DNA of 64,000 bases from Mobula hypostoma. Taxonomy: Eukaryota. Both the position numbers and the translations under genes were made by a program. Below, piece after piece: positions 60,366 through 64,000 of this stretch (position 1 is the first letter of the stretch; every line of letters starts with the position of its first letter). The stretch lies in assembly GCF_963921235.1 (NCBI RefSeq), contig NC_086097.1:118918001-118982000 (forward strand), in the 5' to 3' direction. The notes under the pieces are model-generated. The model did not search any database. It saw only the letters and a program-made list of their open reading frames with translations, and was not told where the DNA came from.

Positions 60366-63112
60366 GACGTTGATAAGATTGTAGCCCTTTTGAAAATGAT
60401 GGGGACTTCTGTCTGTAGCAGTGAGTAATAGAAGATGTCCTTGAACTGCCCTCCTGTTGTTGGCACAAGTTTTCAGAACAATATCACGTACACCATCAGG
60501 GCCTAATGCCAGGATGCTGTTCATCGACTATAGCTCAGCATTTAATACCATCATTCCCACAATCCTGATTGAGAAGTTGCAGAACCTGGGCCTCTGTACC
60601 TCCCTCTGTAACCGTATCCTCAACATCCTAAACGGAAAACCACAGTCTGTGCAGATTGGTGATGACATCTCTTCTTCGCTGATGATCAACACTGGCGCAC
60701 CTCAGGGGTGTGTGCTTAGCCCACTGATCTATTCTGTATGCACATGACTGTGTGTCTAGGCATAGCTCAAATACCATCTACAAATTTGCTGAACGATACA
60801 ACCATTGTTGGTAGAATCTCAGGTGGTGACAAGAGGGCATACAGGAGTGAGATATGCCAACTAGTGGAATGGTGCCGCAGTAACAACCTGGCACTCAACG
60901 TCAGTAAGACGAAAGAGCTGATTGTGGACTTCAGGAAGGGTAAAACAAAGGAACACATACCAATTTTCATAGAGGTATTAGAAGTGGAGAGAGTGAGCAG
61001 CTTCAAGTTCTTGGGTGTCAAGATCTCCAGGATCTAACCTGGTACCAATACATTGATGTAGTTATAAAGAAGGCAAGACAGCGGATATACTTTATTGAAG
61101 CCATTTGGCATGTCAACAAATACACTCAAATACTTCTATAGTTGTACTGTGGAGAGCATTCTGACAGGCTGCATCACTGTCTAGTATGGACGAGCTTCTG
61201 CACAGGACCAAAAGAAGCTGCAGAAGGCTGTAAATCTAGTCAGCTCCATCTTGGACACTAGCCTACAAAGTACCGAGGACATATAACCGTATGACTATAT
61301 AACAATGACAGCACGGAAACAGGCCATCTCGGCCCTTCTAGTCCATGCCGAACTCTTACTCTCACCTAGTCTCACTGACCTGCACTCAGCCCATAACTCT
61401 CCATTCCTTTCTTCTCCATATATCTATCCAGTTTAACTTTAAACGACAACATTGAACCTGCCTCAACCACTTCTGCTGGAAGCTCGTTCCACACAGCTAC
61501 CACTCTCTGAGTAAAGATGTTCCCCCTCATGTTACCCCTAAACTTTTGTCCTTCAACTCTCAACTCATGCCCTCTTGTTTGAATCTTCCCCACTCTCAAT
61601 GGAAAAAGCCTATCCATGTCAACTCTATCTATCCCCCTCATAATTTTAAACACTTCTATCAAGCCCCCCTCAACTTTCTACGCTCCAAAGAATAAAGACC
61701 TAACTTGTTCAGCCTATCTCTGTAACTTAGGAGATGAAACCCAGGAAACATTTTAGTAAACTTCCTCTGTACTCTCTCAATTTTATTGACATCTTTCCTA
61801 TAATTCGGTGACCAGAACTGTACACAAGACTCCAAATTTGGCCTAACCAATGCCTTATACAATTTCAACATTACATCCTAACTCCTATACCCAATGCTCT
61901 GATTAATAAAGGCCAGCAGACCAAAAGCTCTCTTCACCACCCTATACACATGAGATTCCACCTTCAGGGAACTATGCACCATTATTCCTAGACCCCCTGT
62001 TCTACTGTACTCTTTAATGCCCTACCATTTACTATGTATGTCCTATTTTGATTAGTCCTAACAAAATGTAGCACCTCACATTTTTCAGCATTAAACTCCA
62101 TCTGCCATCTTTCAGCCCACTCTTCTAACTGTCCTAAATCTCTCTGCAAGCTTTGAAAACCCACCTCATCATCCACAACACTACATATCGTAGTATCATC
62201 TGCATACTTACTAATCCAATTTACCACCCCATCATCCAGATCATTAATATATATGACAAACAACATTGGACCCAGTACAGATCCCTGAGGCACACCGCTA
62301 CACACTGTCCTCCAATATGACACACAGTTACTCACCACTACTCTTTGATGTCTCCCATCTAGCTGCTGCTGAATCCATTTTACTACTTCCATATTAATGT
62401 CTAACGATTGAACCTTCCTAACTAACCTTCCATGTGGAACCTTGTCAAAGGCCTTACTGAAGTCCATATAGACAACATCCACCGCTTTACCCTTGTCAAC
62501 TTTCTTAGTAACCTCATCAAAAAATTCGAGAAGATTTGTCAAACATGACCTTCCATGCACAAATCCACGTTGACTGTTCCTAATCAGACCCTGTCTATCC
62601 AGATAATTATATATAACATCTCTAAGAATACTTTCCATCAATTTACCCACCACTGACGTCTAACTCACAGGCCGATAATCAGAAATAATCACATAATCAC
62701 ATCTCTCTCAGAAAGGCAGCGTCCATTATTAAAGACCTCCAGCAGCCAGGGCATGCCTTTTTCTCAGTGTTACCATCAGGTAGGAGATACAGAAGTTTGA
62801 AGGCACACACTCAGAGATTCAGGAACAGCTTCTTCCCCTCTAACATCTGATTCCTGAAAGGACTTTGAAGCTTTAGACACTACCTCACTTTTTTTTAATA
62901 TACAGTATTTCTGTTTTTGCACATTTTTAAATAATCTATACAATATATGTAATTGATTTACTTGTTTATTTATTATTATGTTTTATTTTATTTAATATCA
63001 TTAATTTTTTTCTCTCTCTGCTAGATTATGTACTGCATTGAACTGCTGCTGGGAAGTTAACAAATTTCATGTCACATGCCAGTGATAATAAACCTGATTC
63101 TGATTCTGATTC
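60366..63112 (+). mobile_element. Rex1/Babar-like LINE with inverted 5' segment (~60366-60504), split by a CR1
   Basis: [27 protein letters not shown] and LNVSKTKELIVDFRK. The element resumes at ~62705 and ends in (gattct)n. Confidence 0.85.
61284..62680 (-). mobile_element. CR1 RT 3' fragment nested in the Rex-like LINE
   Basis: ORF 61988..62653 has SCLTNLLEFF, DFSKAFDKVPH, GVPQGSVLGP and YADD. Confidence 0.92.
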
Positions 63113-63129
63113 TAAGTTCATCTGGGAGT

Positions 63130-63700
63130 GAAGCGTCACAGCCATTCATGACGTCAGGAACTAATAGCCTGCAAACCCTATCAAAACTGATGCACATCTA
63201 ATTCCATCTCTCTCCTCAATTGGAATTACACCGTAGTTTTTTCCCTTAAAATAGCCTTCTGTAGGTCATACCTTGTATAGTTCTGGCTGTATTACCAGTC
63301 TTGAATGCAAATAATTTAGCCCTTAGCAGACTATAAATGTTCTGGTTCATCCATGGTATTTGGTTTGGCTGTGTCCAGTACGTTCCTGTTTTCATCCACA
63401 CAGATTTTGAAGTCAGTGACAACTGTAGCATATTCATTCAGACTTGAATTTGAATCTCTGAATATTATCCAGTCCACTGACTCAAAGTAGTCCTGTAAGC
63501 ACTTCTCTACCTCCCTTGACCATATCTTCTTGGCCCTCACCACTGATGCTGCAGTCTTTAGTCTCTGCCTGCATGCTGGGAGTAGAAGTATAGCCAAGTG
63601 ATTGTGCTTTCTAACATGTAGGCATGGGATGGCAGAGTAAGCATCCTTGATGGTGGAATAACTGTGGCCAAGTGCGTTGACTCCTTTGCAACCCTTTGCA
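63130..63700 (-). mobile_element. Rex-type LINE internal fragment; a related plus-strand fragment follows to the window end
   Basis: ORF 63331..63705 reads YSTIKDAY...HLAILLLPACRQRLK...LQDYFESVDW. Confidence 0.7.
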
Positions 63701-64000
63701 CACATTGAGTCTTAAAGTTGTTAAGACTCTAAAGAGCTACCACCAACATATCACCTGTGGAACCAGGGAAGCCAACGCACTTGACCACTATTATGGTCTA
63801 GGGAGGAGGAGGACTGCGACAGGACTGCTTTGAGTTGGTGGACTAGAATCATTTTTGAGTCTGATTGAGTATGACCCAGTTGTCACTGCCTTCATCAAAA
63901 CCAGTGTGCATGAGTGTAAGCCTTTGAGAACATACCAGATATAGTCAAACTAAAAGCCATGGATGAACCAAGAGATTTGTATTCTGCTGAGAGCTGGAAC

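Overview
This is repeat-dominated vertebrate genomic DNA. It is most likely from a cartilaginous fish (ray or shark), inferred from abundant CR1 LINEs, Penelope-like elements and an HE1/V-SINE-like copy. I could not identify any host gene exon with confidence. The window is a nested patchwork of CR1 LINEs (one near-full-length copy at ~21335-25862 with an open ORF1), Rex1/Babar-like, RTE and L1/Tx1 fragments, Penelope-like elements with minimal hammerhead-ribozyme motifs, Tc1 remnants, a MITE and three solo LTRs. It also holds two LTR-bounded non-autonomous Ty3/Gypsy elements (35553-40379, Gmr1-like; 45770-49987, PNMA-type gag). The standout observation is in the second element: where RNase H and integrase should be, it carries ~800 bp of intron-less sarcomeric myosin heavy-chain rod sequence (MYH16/MYH7B-like) fused behind the RT remnant, which looks like a captured host mRNA. 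Other points: both LTR elements have the same AGTA target duplication, a perfect 40-bp hairpin lies at 26009-26095, and one Rex-like LINE has a twin-priming-type 5' inversion. All family assignments come from motif recognition by eye, not from database searches, and the boundaries of decayed repeats are approximate.
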